A DNA stretch of 64,000 nucleotides, taken from positions 11,532,001 to 11,596,000 of the forward strand of contig CP158636.1 of NCBI GenBank assembly GCA_050273025.1, in the 5' to 3' direction. The stretch's first letter is position 1. Each line of letters opens with the position of its first letter. Origin of the DNA: Cenococcum geophilum. Lineage: Eukaryota. The translations under genes were made by a program, and so were the position numbers. This document shows, in pieces, positions 50,822-64,000 of the stretch. The notes below the pieces were generated by a model that saw only the letters and a program-made list of their open reading frames with translations, made no database searches and was not told where the DNA came from.

Positions 50822-51825
50822 ATCATTCAACAAGGTCGACCGATATTCACGAAGAATCCTTGGCCTTCAAGGGTGTGACTTACTTTAAGACGTATTTGTA
50901 AATCAGGATTCAAGAAGCTTTGGGGATGGGAGTGAGGTAGGGAAGGGGTCATATCGTCAGGTTGCCGCAATGTTCCTGTGCCTTGCGCTCGGGTCATCCA
51001 TGTTCCACATTATCCTTATCTTTCTACATCAAACTTTTGCGCTGAAAACAATTGCTTTTATCCAAACCACCTTTCTTATTTCACAGATGTTAAATTCTCT
51101 GGTTTCTTAGGTTGATTATGGAAGGCTATCTAAACTATCCGAAGGAGACCTATCTTCTCAAACGTTAGTATCTCGGCGCTTGTGATTTTCTCCTCTAAAG
51201 AACGGATCAAGTCGGCAAGCTTGTACCACCATGGCTGTAAGCTTAGAGGAACGGGCCTCTGCAGCAGCTATAGGCCTCTACTTCTATTATAGCTGAGTGG
51301 CAAGGGTGCGCTAATAATAAATCACTGAAATCCAAGTATCGCTTTTCTCTTGCCCTTGACAGGTTCTAATCCTAAGGCTTCCGTGTTAGCAGTGGGAATA
51401 GTCTAACCTTCAGCTTTAGTAAGCTCAGATCCATGTTGGTATCGGTTGCTGGGATCCTCCCTACAGGGTTGCAACGTGGTATGTACGCTTGTACGACTGT
51501 GGCCGGGAAGCCTCCTTGTTTTGCGGTACGGACCGCTTAAGGAAATATAGAGCGAGAACTACAGACTACAATAACGGAGTGATCGGAGCAGTCCGGCATT
51601 TCCGCGCATAGTTTTCCAGGTCTGCGCTGTGTTCGATGAGGACTGTCGTCGCAAGAATAATCCCAAGCATCCAAGGCCGTAACCATGACTACGAGAAGGA
51701 AAAGGAAATATGTACGAACTCCTCAAGATTGTATTTCAAATCGAAGGTTATCATAAATCATCCTAAATAACGTCTTAAAACAATCCCCAGGTCATTTAAT
51801 CACTTTGCTATCTGAAATGACTTGA

Positions 51826-54800
51826 TTAGACCTGCTCCTCATCTCTACCTGCCCCTGCTTGACCCATCATAACGGAGTCACCGTTACTCGCTCGCTTCTC
51901 TAAACTGGTCGTCCTACTAAAGCTCTTTGAAAACGAAAAGAAGCCTTGTCTCAAAGATAGGCTTGTCTTCTTGCTCCCCTGCTTCTCGTCCTCTTCACTC
52001 TCGAGCTTGAACCACCCAAACGTCCTCTTAGCAAGTTTCCATAGCTCCATGCCTGCCGCAAAGATTACAGCTGCTCCAACCGACAACGCCCATTCCCACG
52101 AAATGGGCTTGTGTTTGAAAACCGCTGTGTTGAAACGGGGAATGTAAACGCATGGGAAGACGATCAGCGCGCCGATCGCAACGGCGTAGAAGAGGAACCT
52201 ATTTGCGTATACATCTCTGAAGAACGGGAACTTGCTCTTGGAGTGCGGATCCAGGCAGAACATACTACGGCGGATACTTTTGATCTCCCACGCCGAGATC
52301 AGGATCAGCCAGGTAAGCTCGGCGAAAACAGCAGCGCGGGCGCGGAACACGACGTCGCAAGAGTCGCTGTAGGCTCGGTTGCAGTCATGCCCGAGATTTC
52401 CTTCGCCGGGCCCATAGACAATGATGACAAAGGTGAATAGGGTGAGTGTACCCATAAGGAGGCCGTAGACGATCATATCGGTGATGACTTGCCAGGTGAA
52501 AACTCCTTTTTTGTTGTCATGCGGAGGACGAAGCATAATGTTGTAAGAAGCCTTCTCCCGGCCTAGGCCGAAGGCCGGGAATCCAGACGTGACCATGTTA
52601 ATCCACAGTATTTGCAGTGGCGAGAGTGGAAAGACAGAGAAGCCTGAGCTGTCACGAAAACAAAGACCGAAAACCAATAGCACCACCTCACCAACATTGC
52701 TCGTTAGTAAGTGGAGGACAAATTTCTGGATGTTGTCAAACATGCGACGACCCTCCTCAATGGCGTTCACGATGCTTGAAAAGTTGTCGTCCGTGAGCAC
52801 AATATCTGAAGCGCCCTTTGCTACGTCCGAACCTCCCAAACCCATGGCGATGCCTACATCCGCTGCTTGAAGCGATGGGCCATCATTGACACCATCGCCA
52901 GTCATTGCAGCGTAGTAGTTACGTCTGTGAAGCGCAGCAATCATTCGCGTCTTGGTGTTTGGTGAGCAGCGGGCGATTACAAGAGGTAGCTCGGGCATTT
53001 GGTCAATCTCTTCGTCTGTCATTCCATCGAACTCTGCGGCTGTTTTGACTAGTGAATTCGCAACTTCTGGTGATAAAACGCTGAAATCTCTCGGGATGAT
53101 GCCTATTTCTTTGCCAATTGCTGTTGCTGTACCCGGATGATCGCCTGTGAGCATGTGAACTTTTATGCCTGCGTTAGTACACTCTGTTTTGAATTTAGTA
53201 AATATCCTAGATATAGCTAAATATTGTGAACGTACCTCTTATAGCATCTGCCGTCTCCATTCTCGGCGGATCATAGAGGCCGACTAGTCCTATGAAAGTA
53301 AGATTTTTCTCAATATCGCTTCGAGGTATATTCGACTTCTCGTTAAGCTCGCCAACCCAAGTCTTCTGTGCAAGGGCGAGGACCCTCAAACCTTGGTCTG
53401 CAAGCAAACTCATCTGCTCGTAGATGAGGTCTTTGTGGGAATCGGTTATTTCTTGATGGCTCTTCCCTACACCGACGTGCTCACAGAGGTGGACAATTTT
53501 TTCTACAGCTCCCTTTGTAAAGATGATGGTTTTCGAATCCGAAGAGTGATATACAACCGACATTCTCTTGACAGTGCTGTCGAATGGATACTCCGAGATC
53601 TGCTTCCACCCTGCTCTTTCTTCGAGGTCCCTCTTGCCTTTCTCAAAGCGGTGCGCGAAAACCTGTAAAGCGACTTCTGTTGGATCCCCAGTGGTTTGCC
53701 ACCTCTGTTCCTGGACATTGTAACGAACAGTGGCTAGATTGCAAAGTGCCGCAGAGTTGAGAAAGGCCTCCAACTCGGGTACCATTTCGGGGCTCTGATT
53801 GATGTCGGCTTCGTTCGGTTCATTATTAGACTTATGACGGTGTTGATCTCGTTCTATCTTTTCTAAGGGTTCATTGAATGTAAGTGCAGCCGCACTTCGC
53901 TGTGTATCGAATGTTTCCTGCCTTTCTGCCTCCTCGAAGTCTATCTCCGCCCTTGACTTGATAGCACTAAGCTTGACCTCGCCTTGTTTGGGATTCGACG
54001 GATCTTCTGAATTGCTAACAGTGTAGACGCCAGGACCTGGAATCCAGGCTTTTCGTAAAGTCATTTGACCTTGGGTCAAAGTTCCCGTCTTGTCGGAACA
54101 GATGTTGGTAATTCCGCCAAGTGCCTCTAGAGCGTTTAATTTTCGTATAAGGACGCGACGCTTGCGCATTTGAGTCATACCAGTAACGAAGGTAATGGTG
54201 AGGACGGCGATTAATGATTCTGGGATCATGGCGATTCCTGAGATGAGTTAGATATGCTGGCTTGGAAATACAAATGAGATGGGCGGGAACGAACCAGTAG
54301 AGATTGCGTAGATAGCAACTTCATTTGTTACATCAAATCTATGGACAGCGAAGACGATAATAGCTAGAAGTATAGCAATTCCGAATAGCGTGTATGCTAA
54401 TTTGGACAACTTTCTTTGAAGGGGAGTGCCGACGGTGAGACCGAGGAACTTGCCAATGCCATCCCAGAGACGCAGAGCAAGGCCTTTCGCAGGTTGTAGA
54501 TTACCGTGTTTCTTTCTAGATAGAGACCGATTCGGCTTCCTCTGGTTGCCGCGCATAGACTCAGCAATTTTGCCAATCTCTGTGTGCATACCCGTAAACA
54601 CGACAATGCCTCGGCCTCGTCCTTTGGCCACAATTGATGAAGAATATGCCATATTCAGACGGTCTCCCACGCCACATTCTAGTTCATTGCTCGAAGAAAA
54701 ATCGATCTTAGGGTCCTTTGCGACAGGCAAGGCTGGCAGTGTTAGCAGTGTTCCTGGTACCTGAAAACCTTAGGGGCCTTACCTTCTCCTGTTAGAACCT

Positions 54801-55384
54801 TCTCGTCACATTCTAGGTTCATTGACTCAAATATTCTCAAATCAGCTGGAACGGTGTCACCAATTTTAATGATCACAATATCCCCTGGAACGGCTTCCGG
54901 GGACGGAATTGCTTCGATATTACCGGATCTGAGGACTGTGGCCGTCGGGGAAGATAAGGCCCGGAGAGAATCCATTTTCTTCTCTGCCTGAAATTCCTGA
55001 TAGAAGCCTATGAGGACGTTCAGAAAAATGACGGCAGTGATGACACCACCCTCAATATAGTCCGTGACACCATAAGAGAGAGCCATTGCTAGTAGGAGAA
55101 CCTATAGAATATATTTAGCCTTTGTTTTACTCAGTGGATTGTTCGAGATTAGTTACCAGTATCATTGCATTGCTAATCTGTTTAAGCAGAACAGAATACC
55201 ACCGAACAGCACCTTCTCCAGCTAGCTTGTTCTCTCCATATCGGCTCTGAAGATCATTAGCTTGGGCCCAACTCAGGCCAAACTCCAGGTGGGTTTGCAG
55301 CTGTAAAACTATTTGGTCTAAACTGAGCTGAAATGGGTGGTGTTCGTATTGCTGTGGGGTACCAGAAGGTTTGCTGGTACCCAT
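51826..55384 (-). CDS. ENA1: P-type IID Na+/K+-exporting ATPase (ENA family), multi-exon
   Basis: LTGE|ALP actuator motif, IPESL, CSDKTGTLT, GDPTE, MLTGDH, MTGDGVND; TM segments. Confidence 0.93.
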
Positions 55385-56218
55385 AATGGGCGTCGTTGTA
55401 AAATGTTGCTAAATCCCGCGAGTTGGGATATCAAAACGTAATTGAAGAATGGTGTATAAATATTTGCTGTCCCAACAAACGACGGGAATCCTGTGGAGCT
55501 CAAGCCAATTCCTCGCAACGGGGGCCCCTTATATAAGAGCGGAAGAGCTCTTATCAATCTTGGGAGCGATACCGCTCGATGACATAGTTCTAATGCTGAA
55601 TGATTAGAGCCAAGCTGCTGAGGACAAAACAGTTCTCTTGGCGCGGGGAAAGAATGGTGGATTCTGCTGTGAGCCAAGAAATGTATATCCAGGCGGTGCT
55701 TGGCGGGAAGGGATTCCGCATACTGTGAAGAGAAGTCGGCCATGAGACCAGTGATCGGAGCCAATCAAATCCGATAGAGTTCGCTTCCAAGAGCCGAGAA
55801 TTCCTCTCCACTCCGCTCTCCGCCTCTGCCAAGGATATGTCACCACTCAAAGGACATGGGTTGGGGAGCAATTCTAATGCAGCTGTAGCAAAAGCAGCGA
55901 ATGTGCCATGCTATAAATAGGAATCGTGAATAAGCACAACTGAGATTGAGCAGGGAGGACTTGGAACGAAAACGGGCGCAGTTTTACTTGGGTTATTAGA
56001 GCCTTAAGGAGAGTCGACAAATTGGGCCTCATCGTATGATGCAGAACCGTAGGTACGACAATGATCTCACAGTGCCAGGCCTACTAATTTGGGTGGGATG
56101 AACACGAGAAATGAATTTGAAGTGTACCGAGTGGCAACGCTCACCGGTATCCATTGCGCCTTGTTTGTCACCTTTACAAAAACGCGGATGCGAATGTGAC
56201 GGGTATAGTCATAAGAGA

Positions 56219-56912
56219 TTACCCTGCGGCTTCCTTGACTTTTCCGGGCTCGGGAGGCTCATCGATGAATTGTGGAGGTCTAGCCTCGTCTATCATGAAG
56301 CTGGGGATTCCTTCTGACTCCCCTAAACCTTCGAACTCGACCTCCTCGCCGAGAGCCTCTAGTTCCGCATCGAGCTCTGCCTCGTCAACATCCTCCGGCA
56401 CATCATAACTCCGACTAATGCTTTCTTGTATGTCGTTCCCCATATCCATCAAGTCTGCCATCTCGTCTTGTAGCTTCTCAATCTTGTCAATATCGACTTT
56501 GCCATACTGTTTTCGCAGCTCTTTAGTGGTGGTTTTCATGGCATCCACAGTAATCATGGTATTTTTCAGGTTGTCTTGCATCATGCCGGCCTGCTCCATG
56601 TTCCAGGACTGCTGCTGCAGCTGGTCCCGCTGTCCCTCGTACATTTTACGTTGCTGGAGGACCTTGAGAGCTTTCTGTTTAATGGCAGTCTTGCCTGGAC
56701 CGTCGCGCATTTTGCTCAGACGTTGTTGGTAGGTAGACAGTTCCGAATTTAATTTGGCAAGCTTGACATCTATGCTTTCTATTCGGCCGTCAACCTACGA
56801 GCGTGTTAGGACTCGTCTCGAGTTGTGGCGGGGGTGGGATGTTTACATTGGAGATGGCATTATTGAGCGTGGGCTTTGGGGCCGTGCTCTTTGCACCAAA
56901 CAGACGGTTCAT
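56219..56912 (-). CDS. VPS60: ESCRT-III-associated Snf7-family protein Vps60/CHMP5 (exons 56912-56847, 56794-56219)
   Basis: MNRLFG start, KQKALKVLQQRKMYE, QQSWNMEQA, DEAELDAELEAL. Confidence 0.92.
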
Positions 56913-57917
56913 GACGTTATTAGCATGCAGAGGTAGCAAGACGACCAAAGGTATGGGTTATGTGGCACAGCAATAAGGAAGCGGTATTCGTGGAGCAAGT
57001 GCAGTGATAGCAGCGAAGATGTTGCAGCGTTTTAGCGGCCTGTCCAGGTGAGAAAGATGTTCTGTTCACATGAACGGTGCCAAGCCTATCTATTCGCCCA
57101 AATGCCACCGCAACTGCCAGCGCCCGCCTTGATCTAGAGACCCAACGCCAGTCCCGCAGAGAGCCTTGCAGAAGAAAATAGACAGATAGACCCACTAGTT
57201 TTAATATGACTGCTTTTTCTCATTGCCAGGCAATGAACGGCTACTTATCTAGTTTAGCTGTGTCCTCGTGCGCGCCCATTGTGGATAATGGACGAGCAAA
57301 GCAGCATATGGAATGACTGCCTTGTGATGTGTATATAATTATTGCCCATTCCGCAGTATTACTCGAGGCTCGCTTTCAGCCTCTCTTGTGCTGCTCTATA
57401 CTCGGCCTGTGCCCGCAGAAATAACGTTCAACGCCGAACAGGGTGTCTGTTCTGGTGTGTTGTCACCGCTTTCCGAAGTACCTGAATCTTGCATTAAACC
57501 GCAGCTTAACTTGAAATCAGATTCGCAACCCCGTCAAAAGGCTCAACCTCTTTGCGCAACCGCTGCTGCCCCGATTAGACACCACCCACAGTAAGTTTTC
57601 CCTCCTCTATCTTCTGGTCAGCGAATCTCCCGCGTTATTGGCCTCTCGGTTTACTGTGCCTCGCTGTCCCGCCAATCTGCACTTCAACGTGTTCGAGTAC
57701 AAGAGAATATTGAGCACTGTGTAACTAAACTGACATACCGGATTTCTCCACAGGGTCGTCTCTATTCACACAGAATTCCTGCCAATATTTTCCATCCTCT
57801 CATACCACATTTCGCATGACCGCCCCTCGACTTCGGCCTCCGTCTCGCGCCCGAATACCCTTCTTCGCGTCCTTCCTTCCTTCCTCCCCCGAATTGTTAG
57901 ATACCACGTAATACACC

Positions 57918-60900
57918 ATGTTCTGGCGTTTCGGTGGCTATGCGCAGCTCTCTTCGCTTGACACCATCCTCGACAAGCCCGATGTCACCGTTGAAGAACT
58001 CCTGGACGAATCGGACCTGATACAAGAGCTAAAGCAACAGAATTCTAAGCTAATAGAATACTTACGAGATGAAAATGTACTAGAGCGTCTCCTGCGTTAT
58101 GTTGCCGCACCTAAGCCTATACTGTCGCCAGACGAGGACACCAGTGGGGATGGAGGGGTTAAGTCTGGCGGAGATGGGTCGCGTGAGGGATTCTTCGGAA
58201 AGGTCAAGGGGAAGGCGCGGTCTAAGTCCATATCGAAATCTGACGCTGGCGAATCAGAGGAGAATAAAGAGGACAAGCAGAGGATGAAGTATGCCTATGT
58301 GGCGTGCGAGATCCTGTCTTCGGAGGTGTGGTCCATTTCGGAGGCAATACTGGAGAATCAGGACAACCTCCGGAATTTTTGGCAGTACCTGAAGCAACCT
58401 CCGCCACTGGATCCGGTGCAAGCTGGATATTTCACTAAGGTTAACGAGTCGTTGTTAGACAGGAAAATGGAGGAGATGCTAGAGTTCTTCAAGTCAATTG
58501 ACAATGTTGTGCCGGATATGCTGCAACATGTCGACTGTCCTATGGTTATGGATCTCCTTTTGAAAATTATCAGTCTGGAGAAGAGCGAAGGTGGTCAGGG
58601 TATCGTAGACGTGAGTGCATCCACCCATTTGTGAATTCTAGGTATGAACAAGAGCTAATCCCGCCAAAACGGACAGTGGCTGCAATCTCAAAATCTCGTT
58701 CCACAACTACTTTCATACCTTTCCCCTGGACATTGTTCATCCACTCAAACCTCTGCGGGAGACTTTCTGAAAGCCATCATCACCATTTCCGCAAATGCTA
58801 CCACGCAGGACCAATCAGTGATTGGCCCTAACGAGCTCACTCGCCAACTCGTTTCAGAAGAATGTATTAAAACACTAATTACAGACATGCTACGGGGGGG
58901 AAACCCACTTACGGTTGGGGTGGGTATTGTTATTGAGGTTATTCGGAAGAATAATTCAGATTACGATCTGGAGAACCAAATAGGACCCATACCAAAGAGC
59001 TCAGACCCTATCTATCTCGGAACTCTCTTACGGCAATTTGCTAAGCATATTCCAAACTTCATGGGACTTGTCCATAATCCTAATCATACGGTCGTTAATA
59101 GTGATGGCACTACGAGTACTCGAAAGAGAGAACTCAAGGCTGCTTTCGGCGAGAAAATTGAGCCTCTCGGTTTTGACCGCTTCAAAACATGTGAGCTGAT
59201 GGCGGAGCTCCTTCATTGTAGCAATATGGCTTTGCTCAACGAGAGAGGAAGCGAGAGCGAAGTCAAACGAAGGGATGCGGAGAGAGAACGGCTAAAAGCA
59301 GAAGGCAAGCTTACGCCGAAAGAGGGCCTCAACACGAACGATTTCGGCACTAGCGTTGACAGCCATGGGTTTCACCATGCTCGAGCGCCATCAAGCGAAT
59401 CACCGGAAGAGATAAAGCGACTTGAAGTTCAGAATAACTCAGAGGAAGAAGAGTTTGAGAAAGTCGCCGCTTCCGAGGCTACATTAGATGAGACCAAGAA
59501 CGATTTTGACGAGAAGGAAGCAATTGGTGAGCCTCTAGAACGATCGCCGAAAGCCTGCCCGCAAGGTCAGACCTCTGAAAGGACAAACCATGCAGATGCT
59601 GAGTTTGTGGACGAGCCACTTTCACCAACACGAGACAATGCTTCGCCTACTGAGCAACCAGCGACTTCGGCAGCTACAGGGCCCGCAGGCGAAAATGCAG
59701 AATCGCCTACTTCAGCCGGCTTGTCTGCGAAAGTTAGTGGCCTTGATATAGACAATGATACCGTTATGGGTACATCCTCACCCCCTCCTGTCTCCGAGAG
59801 AACTGGCGACCGCCCTGGCGAAGCAACATCTAGTAAGCAACATGCTTCATTGCTAGCCGAACAACTTAATAAAAATACAGACTCCGATGGCCTGGAACCT
59901 CCCGAAAGCCTGTCTCCTCATCCGGACGATAAACCGGCACCCCTGTTCTCTGGCAAAGGTGACCGTTTGGGTCCAGTTAAAAGTTCTGAACTGGACACTT
60001 CCCGCTTTACTAGTGTTGCAGAGAGTGAAGGCTCTGAGGTTACTCCTATCGAAGACGGCAGTAGTTCTCGGTCCGTATTATTGGGCGGCCCTGAAGAGCA
60101 GTATGCACCACACTACGAAGTTGACATAGACGGATCTCCAGTGGTGGGCGATCTACTGAAGATAATGTTTGTGGAGAACAGAGTTGTTCCCACTATCCTT
60201 GTAAGAATTATCGTCTACTATTAGGTGGATTGTTTTGATTTTCGATTCGCTTACTGAGTAATCACTTGTAGGACTTCTTTTTCCGATTTCCTTGGAACAA
60301 CTTCCTTCACAATGTTGTCTACGATGTCGTCCAACAAGTCTTCAACGGCCAGATGGACCGCGGTTTTAATCGCAGCTTAGCAATCGATCTCTTTGAAACC
60401 GGCCGTATCACCGAGAGAATCATTGAAGGCCAGCAAGCAAGCGACAAAGCACAAGCTGGGACAAACATGCGTCTTGGATACATGGGCCACCTAACGCTTA
60501 TCGCGGAGGAAGTACTCAAGTTCACCGAACGTCATCCAGCCGAGCTCTTATCGCAGTCTGTACTGGACAAGGTTATGAGCCAAGCGTGGATCGATTATGT
60601 CGAACAGACCTTAGCAGAAACTCGGGAGCGTGACAATGCTATCCTCGGCGGTGTACGGCCTGACATGAACGCAGGCCCACGACAAGCCGTCCTCAACGCC
60701 GTCAACGCGGCCTCCGGGTTCGGTGGCAACGGATCATCATCTCTCCCCAATGCCAGCCTTGCAGGCAACGGCTCAATCGGCCTTGACAGCATGGAGCTCA
60801 CTAACCACGACAGTACCACGGGCGCCGGCTACAACTTTGGCGGCGGGACGCTGTTGAGCGGTTTCGACGAGGATGAAGAAATGGAAGAGGGCGAGGGCGA

Positions 60901-60982
60901 GCGGGACCGGCACGCGCCAGTGAGCGACTCGGAACAAGTGGGTGAACTCTCATTTGAAGATGTTGAGATGGAGTATCGATAA
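57918..60982 (+). CDS. SIT4 phosphatase-associated protein (SAP155/185/190, SAPS family); exons 57918-58610, 58677-60200, 60272-60982, plus a possible alternative last exon 61457-61819
   Basis: MFWRFGGY, IGPNELTRQLVS, LGFDRFKTCELMAELLHCSNM, FFRFPWNNFLHNVVYD, RLGYMGHLTLI. Confidence 0.93.
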
Positions 60983-61308
60983 TTCCGAAATGTGTGCGTC
61001 TTTGGTGCGTTTTTTCTTGTCTTTCCTAATGGGTGGCGCGGGCATGCTCAGCGATGCAGTGTTCTGCTCCCCTTAGAACATCCTATATCCAGTTGACATT
61101 AACGTTCATTATGTTATGAAAAATGGATAAACCGAGCATCTAGAGCGTCTGGCTTTAACGTGCTCAATCTGAATCATGTCAGAATTGTATTTTCCGTTTC
61201 TCTCATTGTTCTTCTTGGACTGGACGTAGCTTGTTCACGATCAAACACGGAGAATAATGCGCGGATGCATTTCTGCTTACATATAAATGTATCCATTTCT
61301 TTGGCGCA

Positions 61309-61310
61309 CG

Positions 61311-61336
<26 letters not shown>
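61309..61336. repeat. (CA)n microsatellite
   Basis: Run of CA dinucleotides. Confidence 0.9.
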
Positions 61337-61341
<5 letters not shown>

Positions 61342-62270
61342 CCATATTTAAACTCACTTACACACTTACAATCACACGCACGTATACACCATACCCAAAC
61401 CCAAACCCAGATCCTCCTCCGTCTAGACAGCTAGCTGACTGCCTTCCCCCACGCAGCCCACGACCCCCTCCCTCCCAAGCCTCCAGATCCCCTCGCCCCT
61501 GAAAATCCCGTCCCGCGCGCGGCGCCAGTTCGCCGCGAGGCTGGCGCAGCGGAAAGCGATGCTGGAGGCTTCGAACAGAGACGACGACGAAGAAGGGGGA
61601 GGCCTGGGCGAGGGCGAGGGCGAGGGCGAGCACGGCTCGGAAGAGGCGGCGGAGAAGGCGGAAGGCATGGGCTTGGAGGTTAAGAGCGTGGTGCGGGAAC
61701 GGAATAAGGGTGTGGATACTGGCGGGCCGGAGAGGCTTGGGAACCTGTTTGGGTCGGGGGGTAGTAGTGATGAGGAAGAGGGGGGAAACGGGAAGGGCGA
61801 GAAGGGCGCCAAGGCGTAGGCGGAGCTGGGTTTTAGTAGGATGTGCCGTAATTGGAGGTGTGGCGTAGTGCGGTGAGCTTTATGATGGAGGTATCGGCGT
61901 TTGAGATGCGACTCTAGCGGGAGGAACTATTTCCTGGAAAGGGCATGGGCGGGAGGGACTTTGGAGCGAACCGGAACGGGACGAAACAGCGGTAGGTTCT
62001 TGTACACTAGGTAGATTGCTTGCTAGATCTTCACGAATGGGCTTGGGATAGGTAGTTTGAGCTCTGCACAATACCACTGTTTCTCGCATCAAAGTTTCTC
62101 GCATCAAATCCACCATGGGTGCCGGTGGCTTCCCTTCGTCGACAACTCCCGATCACATGCTCTCGCGACCTCGCGTCCAGCCCTAAACGCATGCCACCCC
62201 AACATCTGTCCAATCTCTCTCGTCTCGCAACTCACCACCAGCAAACACCAACAAGCACTCAGCACCCACA

Positions 62271-63087
62271 ATGGCCGACCCCACCGCATCCACCAAACGC
62301 CCCGCCCCCACCGTCAAGCGCGCCTCAAGCGCCCTCCCCAAACCTTCCTCCCTCGTCATCGACCCTTCCGCCATCATCGCCCAGCACGCCGTGATAACAG
62401 GCACGCAGCCCATCACCATCGGGCCGCACGCGGTGCTGCATCCGCACGGCAAAGTCACGTCAGGCACGGCGCCGGTGGTGGTCGGGGAGGGTTGCGTAGT
62501 ATTCGAGAAGGCGGTGGTAGGGGTGGGGTTGCGGGATAGTTTCGCGGCACGGGGGGAGAGCAGGGCGGACGGGGTGGTGCTGGGCCGGAACGTGGTTGTC
62601 GAGACGGGGGCGGTGGTGGAGGCGGCGGAGGTGGGCGAGGGGACGGTGGTGGAGGCCGGGGCGAGGTTGGGGGCGGGCGTTGTGGTTGGGAAGGTATGTG
62701 TCTCTGTGTGCGTTCCGTCTTCCTCCCCCTCGCATGCGTGGTGGCGGTGCGATGTCAATTGCATTTTTGTCTCGTTTCGGGTCGTGGGGTTTTGCTATGT
62801 GGCCCTCTTTTTTTCTTTTCCTTTTGTTTTTTTGGGAGGGTGTGTTCGTGTGCATATGGCTGGGTGCTTACGCGTGTCTGTAGTTCTGCACGATAACTGC
62901 GTCTACAACCATCTCACCGCATTCTCATCTCCCGGACTATACAGTCGCGTACGGGCCCTCTGAGCGCCGGATCGACACGACGATGCGAGCAAGGGCCGAC
63001 TTACGAGAGACCAAAATGCTCATGCATGGGAAGCAAATTGATGTGTTTCGGAAGCTGATCCCGAATAATGTGGCGAAGTGGCAATGA
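62271..63087 (+). CDS. Dynactin subunit 6 (p27)-like left-handed beta-helix protein (exons 62271-62693, 62884-63087)
   Basis: Hexapeptide repeats (ITIGPHAVLHP, VVVGEGCVVFEK, VGEGTVVEAGARLG); GTATGT...TGTAG intron; LPDYTV in exon 2. Confidence 0.85.
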
Positions 63088-64000
63088 GGAGTAGAGTTAC
63101 AGAGTGCCAGGAGAGTTCGCTAAACCAAGAGGATGTTGAAAGGACGTTCATTGATATATCATTTGGGTCAAACCAGAAAATGAGCCTGCTCTGTCAAGAG
63201 AGTAGGGCAGAGGTGACTCACGGAGCGATCACGGATTGAGGGTTAAGAGAGGCTTGGATGAACTTGGATGGATTTGGCAGCTGTCCCTCATGACACCCAG
63301 TCAGGGATGCAGTGTTCAGGTCTTGTCTACTTTGGCCTTGAAACGGGTCACTTAGGAGTATCGACATCTAGCAGCCACTGGTTATTCCTCGAAGGCACCA
63401 GTTATGAAGGAGCATCAGTACAGACTTGATATGTCAAAAGCGTGCATGTCGCACCGGATATTGTGAATTTGGGAAGTTAAGTGAGAATAGTATCTCACAG
63501 ATAACTACAGCATCCTTGTACGCTGTTATGTCGTACACCCCACTTTTGGTGTTCTAATTGTGTCTTCATGAATGGCTTCGGATGCATAAGAGAAACGGTC
63601 ACAACGTTTGTTTATCTTCAGACGGTTGTACAAAAACCCACATGGCTTGACGATAAACAAACGGGCCCTCACATGTTACCCTTGACCAGGTCTCTCCCAG
63701 TAGCATAGTAGTGAATAGACCATGTGCTGCCCTTCGCTTCTCTAGATGACTGCATTTGAAATTAAAAAATAATAAAAATAGATCCCATGATGGTTCTATC
63801 TGTGACAATGTCTAAATCATTGATGTTACATCTCTGCTGTTCAGGAAAGTAAAACAAATGGACAGAGCATCAACTCCTGTCTCGGTAATTCCAAAGCGGT
63901 TAGAACGGTAGTGAGAGTATGGTGGAGAACAAATACCGCAACACAAACGTTTAGGAGGTTTTAAGTGCATACGAATTCCTAGCTCTGGAGGAAGAGTGAT

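Noticed and set aside
63599..63808. 69-aa minus-strand ORF at the window end
   Set aside because: No recognisable similarity or gene structure

Overview
Filamentous-ascomycete (Pezizomycotina-type) nuclear DNA, with short GT-AG introns carrying CTRAY branch points and RIP-like C>T/G>A decay of repeats. Host genes: a small Cys/His protein, a large S/P-rich conserved protein, a stand-alone HeLo-like helical protein, a putatively lipidated MGCGGSK protein head-to-head with an HSPA12-type Hsp70, a C2H2 protein, a DUF1399/GRDP protein, a histidine-phosphatase-family protein, an alpha/beta hydrolase, an NCS1 permease, a GH28 endopolygalacturonase, an ENA P-type ATPase, VPS60, a SIT4-associated (SAPS) protein and dynactin p27. 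There is also one pseudogene. About 23.7-48.7 kb is rich in transposons. It holds a hAT deletion derivative, solo LTRs (including 76-85 bp micro-LTRs), a tandem 4-LTR/3-unit TRIM-like array with a RIP-mutated GalEa-type Copia nested inside, two foldback MULE-like elements and many MITEs. The most striking signal is an ~0.9 kb non-coding insertion (10654-11550, minus strand) flanked by a 14-bp direct repeat. Its 5' end folds by eye into a complete HDV-like self-cleaving ribozyme, suggesting a ribozyme-headed non-autonomous retroelement. All calls were made by eye; no searches were run.
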